IMG/VR virus record: IMGVR_UViG_3300032294_001260
Strand: one strand, 5' to 3'
DNA from: a virus
Lineage: Duplodnaviria > Heunggongvirae > Uroviricota > Caudoviricetes
DNA length: 64,000 bases
Shown one piece after another: positions 41,789 through 50,080 of this stretch; positions within the stretch are counted from its first letter, which is position 1; each line of letters starts with the position of its first letter. Under the pieces are notes generated by a model. It saw nothing but the letters and a program-made list of their open reading frames with translations, ran no database searches and was not told where the DNA came from. The translations under genes and the position numbers were made by a program.

Positions 41789-41956
41789 TCACTCCGACTG
41801 TTTGGATTCTTCTTGCTTATACAACTTCATAGCATTATCAAATGTGGTAAGTAGCAGCGGTAAAAATAGCCAGAACATTGAAGCGTCTTTAACGTAAATC
41901 AAAAATCCCGTGAAAGACCAAACGAAGATGTTCCAAATTAATGCTTGCCAACTCAT
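41789..41956 (-). CDS. Small membrane protein (55 aa, 2 TM: [55 protein letters not shown])
   Basis: Hand-found ORF below the table cut-off. Its stop sits one nt before the gp59 ATG. Confidence 0.3.
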   Translation of the reverse strand: MSWQALIWNIFVWSFTGFLIYVKDASMFWLFLPLLLTTFDNAMKLYKQEESKQSE

Positions 41957-42189
41957 ATAGGGAGTTTATCCCCTCTAGGTAAAAATCTCATTTTCATGGC
42001 TTCACCTTCAATGATACTTTTGAGTGAGTCGTTGATAAGTGTTGCTGCCATCTCAACTTCAAGATTGTTGCGTTCACAATATGTTGTGACTGCATCTATG
42101 TGATCAATTTTTTCCTCGATGGCCATATTCATGATCATCATAGAAAATTGATTCTTTTCTTCGCGAGTTGTCTTCGATTTAGATTTCAT
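41953..42189 (-). CDS. Small hypothetical protein (the position corresponds to gp33 in the T4 33-59-32 cluster, but no sequence support)
   Basis: 78-aa ORF. Confidence 0.3.
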   Translation of the reverse strand: MKSKSKTTREEKNQFSMMIMNMAIEEKIDHIDAVTTYCERNNLEVEMAATLINDSLKSIIEGEAMKMRFLPRGDKLPI

Positions 42190-43222
42190 ATGCGTTCAAA
42201 CTGGTATTTAATTGTTGAGTGACACGAACAAACGTAGTTCGCTTTGGAAGTTCCTTGAGTTCAGACGCGCCAACATAAGTGCATGCCGAACGCAGCCCTC
42301 CCAGAATTTCTTGCATCGTATTTGCAACTGGACCTTTGTAGCGAAGTTTTACGTGCTTGCCTTCCGATGCACGGTAATTAGCAACTCCGCCATTATGCAA
42401 ATCCATGGCTGACTTAGAACTCATGCCATAGAAATCAACTAGGCTTTGCCCTTCTAGTGTGTCTGTATATCCAGCGGGCAATCCTTCCTTATGCCCAGCA
42501 AGCATTGATCCGAGCATCACAAAATCGGCACCAGCGGCGAATGCCTTCACCACATCCCCAGCCACCGTGCACCCACCATCAGCAATGATATGACCCTTGA
42601 GACCGTGAGCCGCATCAGCACACTCAATCACCGCGCTCAATTGTGGATAGCCGATTCCCGTCATCTTCCTAGTCGTGCACACCGCCCCTGGACCAATCCC
42701 AACCTTCACAATGTCAACACCAGCGAGGATCAGTTCTTCTGTCATTTCCGCCGTGACAACATTACCAGCAATAAGAATAACGCTGGGATATCGATCACGG
42801 AACTTCTTAATGAAGTCAACAAACGATTGCGTATATCCATTGGCGACATCAATGCAAACGCGCATCAATCGATTACCGACTACGCTATACACGTTGTCAA
42901 ACTTCTGCAAATCACATTCGCTGATACCCAAGGAGTAAATGGAACTTTCCAATTTCTTTGAAAAGTGTTCAATCAAATCAGTATCTTTTTGGTGCTTGGT
43001 GAGTGCAACCATACATCGATGCCTGTTCAATTCGGCATCCATATCAAAAGTGCCGACACCGTCCATATTGGCGGCAATGATTGGAACACCAAACCAAGAA
43101 TTGTAAGATCGGAAAGTAAACAACCTTTCAAGTTTCACTTCACTTCTAGATGACAACGAAGATCGCTTCGGTGTGATCAGAACGTCTTTATAGTCTAACT
43201 TCACATCATCTAGTATACGCAT
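42179..43222 (-). CDS. guaC: GMP reductase (NADPH-dependent, IMPDH/GMPR family)
   Basis: 347-aa ORF, collinear with E. coli GuaC along the full length. [103 protein letters not shown]...[41 protein letters not shown]...GPV.NT...[26 protein letters not shown]. Confidence 0.9.
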   Translation of the reverse strand: MRILDDVKLDYKDVLITPKRSSLSSRSEVKLERLFTFRSYNSWFGVPIIAANMDGVGTFDMDAELNRHRCMVALTKHQKDTDLIEHFSKKLESSIYSLGISECDLQKFDNVYSVVGNRLMRVCIDVANGYTQSFVDFIKKFRDRYPSVILIAGNVVTAEMTEELILAGVDIVKVGIGPGAVCTTRKMTGIGYPQLSAVIECADAAHGLKGHIIADGGCTVAGDVVKAFAAGADFVMLGSMLAGHKEGLPAGYTDTLEGQSLVDFYGMSSKSAMDLHNGGVANYRASEGKHVKLRYKGPVANTMQEILGGLRSACTYVGASELKELPKRTTFVRVTQQLNTSLNAYEI

Positions 43223-43228
43223 AAAACC

Positions 43229-43855
43229 TCAATGATAAAAAATATGGTTTCCAATTTGATTTACAACTCTCTTCTCAGTAGCCCATGCTGGGTTTACATA
43301 CGTCGCATGGAAATACTTTGCAGATCCAATTATACCGTAACTTTTCTTTGAAATCAAAATATTCTCGGCAATCTTGTACGATTCATTCCACACAGAACTC
43401 GGACGAATTGTATTCTTTCCTTGGCATACCCAAGAAAATTGACAAGTGTTTCGAGTCCGCTGATAGACAACACCACAAACGGTTCGCGGGAACTCTCTGC
43501 TCTTGACTCGATTCATCGTGACTTCAGCGACAGCGATTTTACCAGCACGAGATTCGGATCCCGCTTCAAAGTAAATGTTCTTTGCAAGACACTCAACTTC
43601 AGTGCGAACTTTGCGCTGCTGATCATAAGACAGATTTAAAAATTCAACTCGACGACTCATGTGATCCAATTGAGACGTTAGAACTTGATTAGTTCTAATC
43701 TGGGCTTCATACATTTCCATCGTTCTGCTGTAGATATTGAATGGGACATAAAGTCCAAAGAATATCATAGCGAACAGCCCGCCCCATAGGCAGAAAAAGT
43801 TGTGATTACGATTAAAAAAGTTTTCTACACTACGAAGTATGTCTACTGCATTCAT
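43229..43855 (-). CDS. Membrane-anchored SleB-type cell-wall hydrolase (Hydrolase_2 family)
   Basis: 208-aa ORF with an N-terminal TM helix (FFCLWGGLFAMIFFGLYVPF). The C-terminal domain is IAVAEVTMNRVKSREFPRTVCGVVYQ...CQFSWVCQG...YFHATYVNPAW, the SleB/CwlJ signature. Confidence 0.75.
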   Translation of the reverse strand: MNAVDILRSVENFFNRNHNFFCLWGGLFAMIFFGLYVPFNIYSRTMEMYEAQIRTNQVLTSQLDHMSRRVEFLNLSYDQQRKVRTEVECLAKNIYFEAGSESRAGKIAVAEVTMNRVKSREFPRTVCGVVYQRTRNTCQFSWVCQGKNTIRPSSVWNESYKIAENILISKKSYGIIGSAKYFHATYVNPAWATEKRVVNQIGNHIFYH

Positions 43856-43879
43856 GTTGTTTCTCCATTATTGCAGAGG

Positions 43880-43908
43880 AAAGAAAGGGTGGCGGACCAC
43901 CGCCACCC
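43880..43908 (-). terminator. Rho-independent terminator-like hairpin (GGGUGGCGG-ACCA-CCGCCACCC) followed by a U-rich tract on the minus-strand transcript
   Basis: 9-bp GC stem at 43887-43908. The downstream sequence on the minus strand is UUUCUUUCC, followed by the SD and ATG of the SleB gene. Confidence 0.5.
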
Positions 43909-43914
43909 CCAGGG

Positions 43915-44148
43915 TTACTTACCGTTTGAAATGAACTCGTTTAAGCGTGTTGCTTTTTCGATTACATCATTCTCGGTGAAGTACTCTGGATATTCTGGTA
44001 GTGGTGGCATAGGGCTATTGTGTTCAAGTGCTTGTGAGCATTTCCAATTCCAGATCTCTGAAATTGACGATCTGGCTGTATGATACTCATCATGCAACAT
44101 ATCTTTTGCCAAGGTTACTAACGCTAGTCTAATTTCATATGGTGTCAT
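43915..44148 (-). CDS. Hypothetical protein
   Basis: 77-aa ORF. SD AAAGGAG sits 8 nt upstream. Confidence 0.4.
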   Translation of the reverse strand: MTPYEIRLALVTLAKDMLHDEYHTARSSISEIWNWKCSQALEHNSPMPPLPEYPEYFTENDVIEKATRLNEFISNGK

Positions 44149-44164
44149 AATATTCTCCTTTGTG

Positions 44165-44560
44165 TGTTGTTTGTGTTATGACAAATGGTGCGTTTATTCT
44201 GTTTCCAAGAAAACCCACCGAAAACTCAGGTATTCTAAATCGGCTTAAGCCGCAAGAGCCATGTCGTAAACATCATCGTTTGCGTTTACTTTGTTTGCGC
44301 GAATTACGTTCGTCGCCTTTCGGGTAGCCTTTGGTTTATTACTTGCCCTGTCGAAGCCAAATTCATCCCCGTCGGAAAGCCACCACGTACATTACTGCAG
44401 AGGTGGTGGGCATCTGATAATTTGGTGGAGATGTCGGGGGTCGAACCCGAGTCCAGAACACCTTTAGTCAAAGGTTGACTACCATTATTCCTTTATCCTA
44501 ATAGCGGGCGAGAGAAATCTCTTCGTTTAAGACTGGAGATTACAAGTTTCCAGTCCCCAT
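44165..44560 (-). ncRNA. ssrA: Circularly permuted (two-piece) tmRNA gene. Acceptor piece ~44560-44423, ending ...GGACUCGGGUUCGACCCCCGACAUCUCCACCA. Roughly 50-nt spacer. Coding piece starts at 44370 (GGGGAUGAAUUUGGCUUCGACAGGG...) and contains the tag ORF (resume GCA at 44283 or 44298 through UAA at 44247-44245), encoding (ANKVN)ANDDVYDMALAA. The 3' end of the coding piece is undetermined.
   Basis: Acceptor 3' strand CAUCUCC-A-CCA pairs with 5' GGGGAUG, including G3:U70 and A73 (AlaRS identity). The T-arm UCGGG-UUCGACC-CCCGA matches E. coli tmRNA GGACGCGGGUUCAACUCCCGCCAGCUCCACCA. The coding-piece head matches E. coli GGGGCUGAUUCUGGAUUCGACGGG. The tag ends in ALAA followed by UAA. The CCA-end piece precedes the GGGG 5' end, which is the gene order of permuted ssrA. 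Confidence 0.7.
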
Positions 44561-44568
44561 CACACGCA

Positions 44569-44727
44569 TTATCCCTTTAGCAGTTGTGGCTTGACCTGTT
44601 CGTTCAACTGCTTCTGCTGCACATCAAGATGAGCCTTATACTGCTCATTTGTCATTGAATGCAGTCCGACACAATATCCCGTTGGACTTCTTCCACAACT
44701 ACAACGATTTTTATTTGTCTGAGTCAT
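44569..44727 (-). CDS. Small Cys-rich zinc-ribbon-like protein (52 aa: MTQTNKNRCSCGRSPTGYCVGLHSMTNEQYKAHLDVQQKQLNEQVKPQLLKG)
   Basis: Hand-found ORF with SD GAGGA 8 nt upstream. Lies immediately upstream of the tmRNA acceptor piece. Confidence 0.35.
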   Translation of the reverse strand: MTQTNKNRCSCGRSPTGYCVGLHSMTNEQYKAHLDVQQKQLNEQVKPQLLKG

Positions 44728-44749
44728 GTTTAATCCTCATTTAAGAGTA

Positions 44750-44986
44750 TTATTTAGCCTCGCACCGCGAGAACAAATAGCGTCGTGCCGTGCTCATTTC
44801 TAAGTTCGACAGGAAGCCGTCTCCGTTCTTATCAGCCTGTTTGAACAGGCTCTGAGAGACTGTGCAATACCGATTGATGTCTTCGAAAGATACCTTTCCA
44901 TCCTTATCAAAATCGTATTGTGAGACACGATCTTGAGCAAAGACGGGAGAGGCTGCTAGGGCGAGGGTCAAAATTAGTTTCTTCAT
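44750..44986 (-). CDS. Secreted EF-hand calcium-binding protein (signal peptide + two EF-hand loops)
   Basis: 78-aa ORF. Signal peptide MKKLILTLALAASPVFAQD. Loops DFDKDGKVSFED and DKNGDGFLSNLE match the 12-residue EF-hand consensus. Confidence 0.55.
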   Translation of the reverse strand: MKKLILTLALAASPVFAQDRVSQYDFDKDGKVSFEDINRYCTVSQSLFKQADKNGDGFLSNLEMSTARRYLFSRCEAK

Positions 44987-45108
44987 GTGTTGTTACCTTT
45001 AGTATAAAATTTGCGGAAAAAAATGTAAGATAGCCCAAAATGCCACAAACATCACAACGGGAACTAAAATCAACCCCCAGTCCCTAATAAAATCTAGAAT
45101 GTAGTTCT

Positions 45109-45687
45109 TCAAAGTGCGTTGCTCAGTGTCGCTTCGCCGATCTGGCGGTTGCATGCGCACAGTTCATTCGTCTGAAGTGCATCAAGAACACGCAGTGTCT
45201 CATCAGCATTGCGACCGACATTCAGATTGTTTACGGTCACGTGCTGAATGACATTATCTGGATCGACGATGAACGTTGCACGAAGTGCGGCACCATGCTG
45301 TAGGTCAAATGCTCCAAGTTGATCAACCAGCCCTACAGTCGTTTCTTCGTAGTATTCACTGCCGCGATGTGTATCAGCAAAGAACCAGCAAGTGGTCTTC
45401 TTCAAGCCCTCATGTACATTCTTCCAAGCCAACTTGCAAAACTCGTTGTCGGTCGAACCGATGAGTAGAACTGCATCACGATCAGTGAACTCCTTGTTCA
45501 ACTCGTCGTAGGCAAGAATTTCTGTGGGGCACACAAAAGTGAAGTCCTTCGGATAAAACACGAAGATCTTCCACTGTCCAAAAAATGATGTTTCATCGAT
45601 GGTTTCAAATGCATCGTCGGGTGTGAGGGCACCAGGCTTTACGCCAGTGATGGTAAATTTTGACAACTTATGTCCAACTGTTTTCAT
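45109..45687 (-). CDS. Peroxiredoxin, typical 2-Cys AhpC/TSA family
   Basis: Contains FFYPKDFTFVCPTE (peroxidatic Cys) and a C-terminal resolving Cys region. Collinear with E. coli AhpC. The start is taken at the internal ATG (45687) preceded by AAGGAG, not at the table start 45792. Confidence 0.85.
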   Translation of the reverse strand: MKTVGHKLSKFTITGVKPGALTPDDAFETIDETSFFGQWKIFVFYPKDFTFVCPTEILAYDELNKEFTDRDAVLLIGSTDNEFCKLAWKNVHEGLKKTTCWFFADTHRGSEYYEETTVGLVDQLGAFDLQHGAALRATFIVDPDNVIQHVTVNNLNVGRNADETLRVLDALQTNELCACNRQIGEATLSNAL

Positions 45688-45735
45688 AGTCAACTCCTTT
45701 TCGTTTAAACTCCATAAAAATTCTTCATACGTCAT

Positions 45736-45900
45736 ATCAAGCAACAATATTGTATTGTTCGCGGAGAATCTTCTTGTATGGTTTGCCTTCAACCATCAAC
45801 TGCTCAACCAACTTCAGTCGGTCGGCGATGTCTGCAACGCCAGCCTTCTCCAGAGCAACCACAATGATTCGAAGTTCATCAATAGTAATGGGCAGATCCA
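45736..45900 (-). CDS. Small hypothetical protein (54 aa, MDLPITIDELRIIVVALEKAGVADIADRLKLVEQLMVEGKPYKKILREQYNIVA)
   Basis: Hand-found ORF with SD GAGGTG. It replaces the spurious N-terminal extension of the peroxiredoxin ORF. Confidence 0.3.
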
Positions 45901-45940
45901 TAATTCACCTCACACGACACATTATTACAAACATTATAAA

Positions 45941-46648
45941 TCAATTTGTTTTAAGAATCAACGACTTTCTCTTATACAGATCAATATAATACAGATCAAT
46001 ATATTTGATCAGTTCATTTTTATGGTGTATTAGATCGGCACCTTCCGTGATAAATTTTTGAACGGGGTGATGACCCTCAACACCAATTAATAGAATAGTC
46101 TTCTTAGCGAGCATGCCCGTCATTTCATGGAACATCTCGCGATATGCAACCGTCTGCATGAAATAGTTGCCAATATTTTCTGGATTTTTTATTTTATTTG
46201 AAGACTTCAAATCGAATACTGTTAGAACACCATCATACTCGGCGATGAAGTCTGCTGTACCCGCAATTTGCAGTTCATGGGAAAACAGTGCCCGCTCACT
46301 GCAATAAATGTTATTGACATGTAAATCTAGTTCTTTCTTAATTTTAAAGAACATAGATTTCACATTGGGCATCATTTCTATGTTTGAAATGTCTTCGTTA
46401 TTTAAATACATTTCAACAATCTTGTGAAGAATTGCTCCCCTTTTCGCGGCCATCCTTGATATTTTATTGGCTTCATCCTCACCAACGCGCTTTCTCCACT
46501 CTAGGATTTCTTTCCTATTGTATTCGGCAAGGATTGTGGTGACCGATGGATACTTTTTACCATTCGGTGTCAAGTAAGTTCTATGACCACCCTTTGAGTC
46601 TTCTCGAATCAACTCGGGTAAAACTGTCGGAACATGATTGAATTTCAT
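45941..46648 (-). CDS. PD-(D/E)XK nuclease superfamily protein (RecB/Cas4/YqaJ-like exonuclease motif GTADFIAEYDGVLTVFDLKSS)
   Basis: 235-aa ORF. Motifs II/III (D...E.K) are recognisable. Confidence 0.55.
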   Translation of the reverse strand: MKFNHVPTVLPELIREDSKGGHRTYLTPNGKKYPSVTTILAEYNRKEILEWRKRVGEDEANKISRMAAKRGAILHKIVEMYLNNEDISNIEMMPNVKSMFFKIKKELDLHVNNIYCSERALFSHELQIAGTADFIAEYDGVLTVFDLKSSNKIKNPENIGNYFMQTVAYREMFHEMTGMLAKKTILLIGVEGHHPVQKFITEGADLIHHKNELIKYIDLYYIDLYKRKSLILKTN

Positions 46649-46714
46649 AATAACCAGAAAGTAAATATCACTGACGAAGCCACATACTAATTATACAGAC
46701 GAGTCAAGTAAAAG

Positions 46715-47500
46715 TCAAGTTTTTTCCGATGCGGGTATCAAAACACCATCGCCATCTTTTGATCCATTTTCGTATTTTTCTGTGGCTATCAAAAAATCTT
46801 TGACCAGACTTGATCTCACGATATCCTCAGTTGTGAATTCTATATTTGTGAATGATGGCATCAGTTTAGCGATTTTGTGAAATTTCCAAAGCCCAGACTT
46901 GTCCTTGTTATTGCGGTACAGATCAGTTTGCTTGTAGTCGCCGCAGAAGATGATTTTTGAACGATATCCGACACGAGTCATGATCGTTGATAATTCTTCG
47001 AATGTCATATTTTGACACTCATCGACGATGATCACCGCATCGTCGAAACTCATTCCACGGATAAAACTGGTCGAGATGAATTCGATTCGCCCACACTCTT
47101 TTAATGCTTCGTAAGCATCGCGTCTAGCAAACAATGTATGGTAAATCTGCATGTATGGCTGTTCATACAGGCTCATTTTTTCCTCAACCGACCCTGGCGT
47201 AAACCCCAGATCGCGAGATTGGACTGCTGAACGGACAATCACCACTCTATGAAATGATGATGATTTGTCTAATACTTCTTCGATTGCTTTGTAACAAGCA
47301 ATGAACGACTTACCCGTTCCCGCTGAACCGCAAAGCATAACGAAGTAATCGCCCCTTGTATATGACTCAAAAAACTTTGCTTGGTTTGTCGTTAATGGTT
47401 CAAACTTCTTCAGTTCTGAAGCCTTAATTCTTTGAGGCTTTTTCTCTGAAGTCCCCTCACTAAATTCAATAACAGTGTTAGAATTTTTTTTCTTCGACAA
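46715..47500 (-). CDS. phoH: PhoH-like ATPase (phosphate-starvation-inducible protein family)
   Basis: 261-aa ORF. Walker A is GSAGTGKSF. The conserved PhoH blocks (IIVDECQNMT, IIFCGDYKQTD) are present. Confidence 0.85.
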   Translation of the reverse strand: MSKKKNSNTVIEFSEGTSEKKPQRIKASELKKFEPLTTNQAKFFESYTRGDYFVMLCGSAGTGKSFIACYKAIEEVLDKSSSFHRVVIVRSAVQSRDLGFTPGSVEEKMSLYEQPYMQIYHTLFARRDAYEALKECGRIEFISTSFIRGMSFDDAVIIVDECQNMTFEELSTIMTRVGYRSKIIFCGDYKQTDLYRNNKDKSGLWKFHKIAKLMPSFTNIEFTTEDIVRSSLVKDFLIATEKYENGSKDGDGVLIPASEKT

Positions 47501-47503
47501 AAC

Positions 47504-47821
47504 TTACCCCTTTTGTTGCTTTTTACGATGCTTTTCCAATACTTGGTCGGTCTTGATTCGCTTCCCAGATTTGCGAAGCACATTGTCTGCAAGCGGACTT
47601 CGCGGATTTTGTTCCGCGATCTTATGCATGACTTCCTTCCAAGTATTATCAGTTTTCTTTCCAGACATATCACCCGTTCCAGAATAACTGAACAATGGCG
47701 CTTCGCTGAAATGTCTGTGTAGATGTGGATTGTCTATCTTGAATTGATCATAGGCACTGATTGACATCACATGCTCTTCAATCTGTTTTGTTTTTATATT
47801 AAAAAATTCGTATGTTGGCAT
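47504..47821 (-). CDS. Hypothetical protein
   Basis: 105-aa ORF. Confidence 0.4.
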   Translation of the reverse strand: MPTYEFFNIKTKQIEEHVMSISAYDQFKIDNPHLHRHFSEAPLFSYSGTGDMSGKKTDNTWKEVMHKIAEQNPRSPLADNVLRKSGKRIKTDQVLEKHRKKQQKG

Positions 47822-47832
47822 ACATCACCTAT

Positions 47833-48480
47833 TCAATATGGGTATATTTTACCATTCTTAACAATAAATGCAGATAGAGAAATGTCTTTTGATGACAACG
47901 ACAAAAACGCATCCAGATTTCTTGAATCGTCGTCATACATCGAGGCTTTTTTAAATCTTTTAGCCTCTTTATCTTTAAAACTTGGAATTTTAGTGTTAAG
48001 AACTGCGGCGAGAGTTGCCCTCTTACCTTCAAAGGTACTCATCCCGAGATTCCCAGATCTCACAACGTGGATATTAGGTTTACCCATATCCAATCCATAC
48101 ATCTCGAATTTCTTCAAGAACCGTTCTTTGTCGTTGAAGTCTGATCTTGCTGTCAGAATGAGCACCATGGTATTTTCAGATTCTAGTGCTTGTTTGGCCC
48201 TTCTGAGATTTGAGGACAGGGGCTTTGCCGTCCTGAAAAATAGATTCGAATCTCTGAATTCAAAGAAATCGAATTGCTCTCCCATTTTTAATTTATAGCC
48301 ATTGAATTCTTCTGTGGAGAGTTTCTTTACAATTTTTCCGCCTTTAGTCACATAGACGTTAGTTTTGGGTGAAACAAAAAGGGTGTCGTCAATGTCCCAA
48401 ACAGATAGGTTATTGATCTTTGATGGCAAAGCATCAATTCTATTGAGTACACCTTCGAGTACTTTATTCTTAATATCCAT
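47833..48480 (-). CDS. HAD-superfamily phosphatase (motif I WDIDDTLF)
   Basis: The DxDxT motif lies near the N-terminus. The start is taken at the internal ATG 48480 (MDIKNKV...) to avoid overlap with the upstream gene. Confidence 0.5.
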   Translation of the reverse strand: MDIKNKVLEGVLNRIDALPSKINNLSVWDIDDTLFVSPKTNVYVTKGGKIVKKLSTEEFNGYKLKMGEQFDFFEFRDSNLFFRTAKPLSSNLRRAKQALESENTMVLILTARSDFNDKERFLKKFEMYGLDMGKPNIHVVRSGNLGMSTFEGKRATLAAVLNTKIPSFKDKEAKRFKKASMYDDDSRNLDAFLSLSSKDISLSAFIVKNGKIYPY

Positions 48481-48484
48481 CACT

Positions 48485-48949
48485 CTATTTATACCAACTC
48501 GGAACCTCGCGATTTTTCCAAGTTGCAAAACGAGCCTTGTGTATCCGATAATAGTTTCGATATGCGGCTACCGAATCCCCCAGAACCTTGGAATCTTCGG
48601 GCATAGCCTGTGGCGGATCTTGCCAATCGACAATGGGTATGTTTCTCGGCGAATCCAGCAAAGGCATCATCATAGATTCACACTTGTGGTACTTACCGTC
48701 ATACCGATGCTTGTATTCCACGATAAGAGAATACATCAGGTCATATAGCCAGCGGTAATGATCCATATTCCCGCGAACCCATACGGCGCTGGGATGATTA
48801 ACGTGGGAGGCTTTGTATAGCGTTTGCTCGCGTTGATCATTCAACTCCCAGCGACTGATACGGCGACCATTAGCAGTTTTATCGAGGTAGTGGTTGCCGT
48901 CAAGAATTCGATGCGCAGTGCAAAGCAACTGCGCTGATTCGAGAATCAT
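48485..48949 (-). CDS. Possible pyrimidine-dimer DNA glycosylase (T4 DenV / cv-PDG-like); weak
   Basis: 154-aa ORF. YDLMYSLIVEYKHRYDGK aligns with PBCV-1 PDG YDEIVVELVDRGYK. The C-terminus REVPSWYK aligns with T4 endoV QRPTWYKYY. Confidence 0.3.
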   Translation of the reverse strand: MILESAQLLCTAHRILDGNHYLDKTANGRRISRWELNDQREQTLYKASHVNHPSAVWVRGNMDHYRWLYDLMYSLIVEYKHRYDGKYHKCESMMMPLLDSPRNIPIVDWQDPPQAMPEDSKVLGDSVAAYRNYYRIHKARFATWKNREVPSWYK

Positions 48950-49090
48950 TTTTACAACATGCTTGTCGCAGTGATACTGCGCAGCGGTATTAGGTTGACG
49001 ATCCAGGAAGAAAATGTTAATTTTTATCTCCTATAAAATCTATTTCTACTTTAAAATGGTACTTGAGGGGATTGTAAAAGATGTTCATGA

Positions 49091-49372
49091 TCAATCCTTC
49101 ATCAAAAATTGATTGAGTTTCTCATTAGTCTCGGGTGAGAGTGTTAGATCTATAGTTCTGTCTTTTTCATTCCAGTATTCTTCAATTGCTCGCTTGGCAA
49201 ATTCCAATTCAACGTAATGACCTAGATACAAATCTTCATTGGCGCTGATTGGAATTTTCGCACCCCAAATGATTGTGAATGCGACATTGTACGCATGGCC
49301 GATAACTCTACCATCACTTTCTTTGAAATAGTAGTGGTTGTTTTTATCGGCAAGTCGCCATTGCCTTCGCAT
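49091..49372 (-). CDS. Hypothetical protein
   Basis: 93-aa ORF. Confidence 0.35.
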   Translation of the reverse strand: MRRQWRLADKNNHYYFKESDGRVIGHAYNVAFTIIWGAKIPISANEDLYLGHYVELEFAKRAIEEYWNEKDRTIDLTLSPETNEKLNQFLMKD

Positions 49373-49614
49373 CAGTTCAACCTGCTAACAGTCTTCAATT
49401 CTTCGAATGAACGAATTTTATTGCGATTGTGTGAAAGAGTATCAATCATGAGATTGTAATCTTCGGCGTTCAAAGTAGTCTTGTAGATCATGAAAGAAAT
49501 CTTCGCCATAACTGCGGCAACGGCATACGGCGAGAATTCCTCACCGATAAATCGTTCAGCGAGATTCATGAAAGAAATCTCAAGAGCCATCAACTCATTA
49601 TCGTTTGTATTCAT
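49372..49614 (-). CDS. Hypothetical protein
   Basis: 80-aa ORF, ATGA-coupled. Confidence 0.35.
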   Translation of the reverse strand: MNTNDNELMALEISFMNLAERFIGEEFSPYAVAAVMAKISFMIYKTTLNAEDYNLMIDTLSHNRNKIRSFEELKTVSRLN

Positions 49615-49618
49615 TTTA

Positions 49619-50008
49619 TTAGATCCCCAACTGCATTTTCAGGTCATTAAACTCCGCCTCACTGACGGTATCGAAATCACGATCAATAATCGGTACGGAT
49701 CCGTCTTCAACATCGCGGGTATTTACGGTAACCATCTTCTTGGTTGCCGTGGCCTTCGGAACTCTGCTCTCCATGCGTGATGCAATCTTACTTGCGTTTG
49801 TCAACGTATAAGACTCGGCCTTTCGACCGTTTCGATTGGTCTGAATTTCTGCATTGAAATCCTTACGCAGCGTGCAAATGTAGACCATTGCACTTGCTAC
49901 GGAACAATCCAAAGTAGCAGTAATCTCTTCAGTCTTTACGGGCTTGCCGCTCTTCATGAGATTGTAGAGGGACAGGATAGTCTTCGACGGTTTCTTAGTA
50001 TTAGCCAT
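49619..50008 (-). CDS. Hypothetical protein
   Basis: 129-aa ORF. Confidence 0.4.
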   Translation of the reverse strand: MANTKKPSKTILSLYNLMKSGKPVKTEEITATLDCSVASAMVYICTLRKDFNAEIQTNRNGRKAESYTLTNASKIASRMESRVPKATATKKMVTVNTRDVEDGSVPIIDRDFDTVSEAEFNDLKMQLGI

Positions 50009-50080
50009 GATTCACTCCATTAATGATTGACAGAAAAATTATACACTAGCAAATTTAAAAAGTAAACGCTCAGTGGCGGT

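Noticed and set aside
44987-45108. Possible ~25-codon hydrophobic mini-ORF (…LILVPVVMFVAFWAILHFFPQILY) between the EF-hand gene and the peroxiredoxin gene
   Set aside because: It has only a TTG/GTG start option and a weak SD, and it is too short to support from sequence alone. It is left unannotated.
45688-45792. Long form of the peroxiredoxin ORF (start 45792, MKANHTRRF...)
   Set aside because: The 35-aa extension has no counterpart in AhpC/Prx proteins. A perfect AAGGAG-7nt-ATG sits at 45687. The upstream region is better explained by an independent 54-aa ORF (45736-45900).
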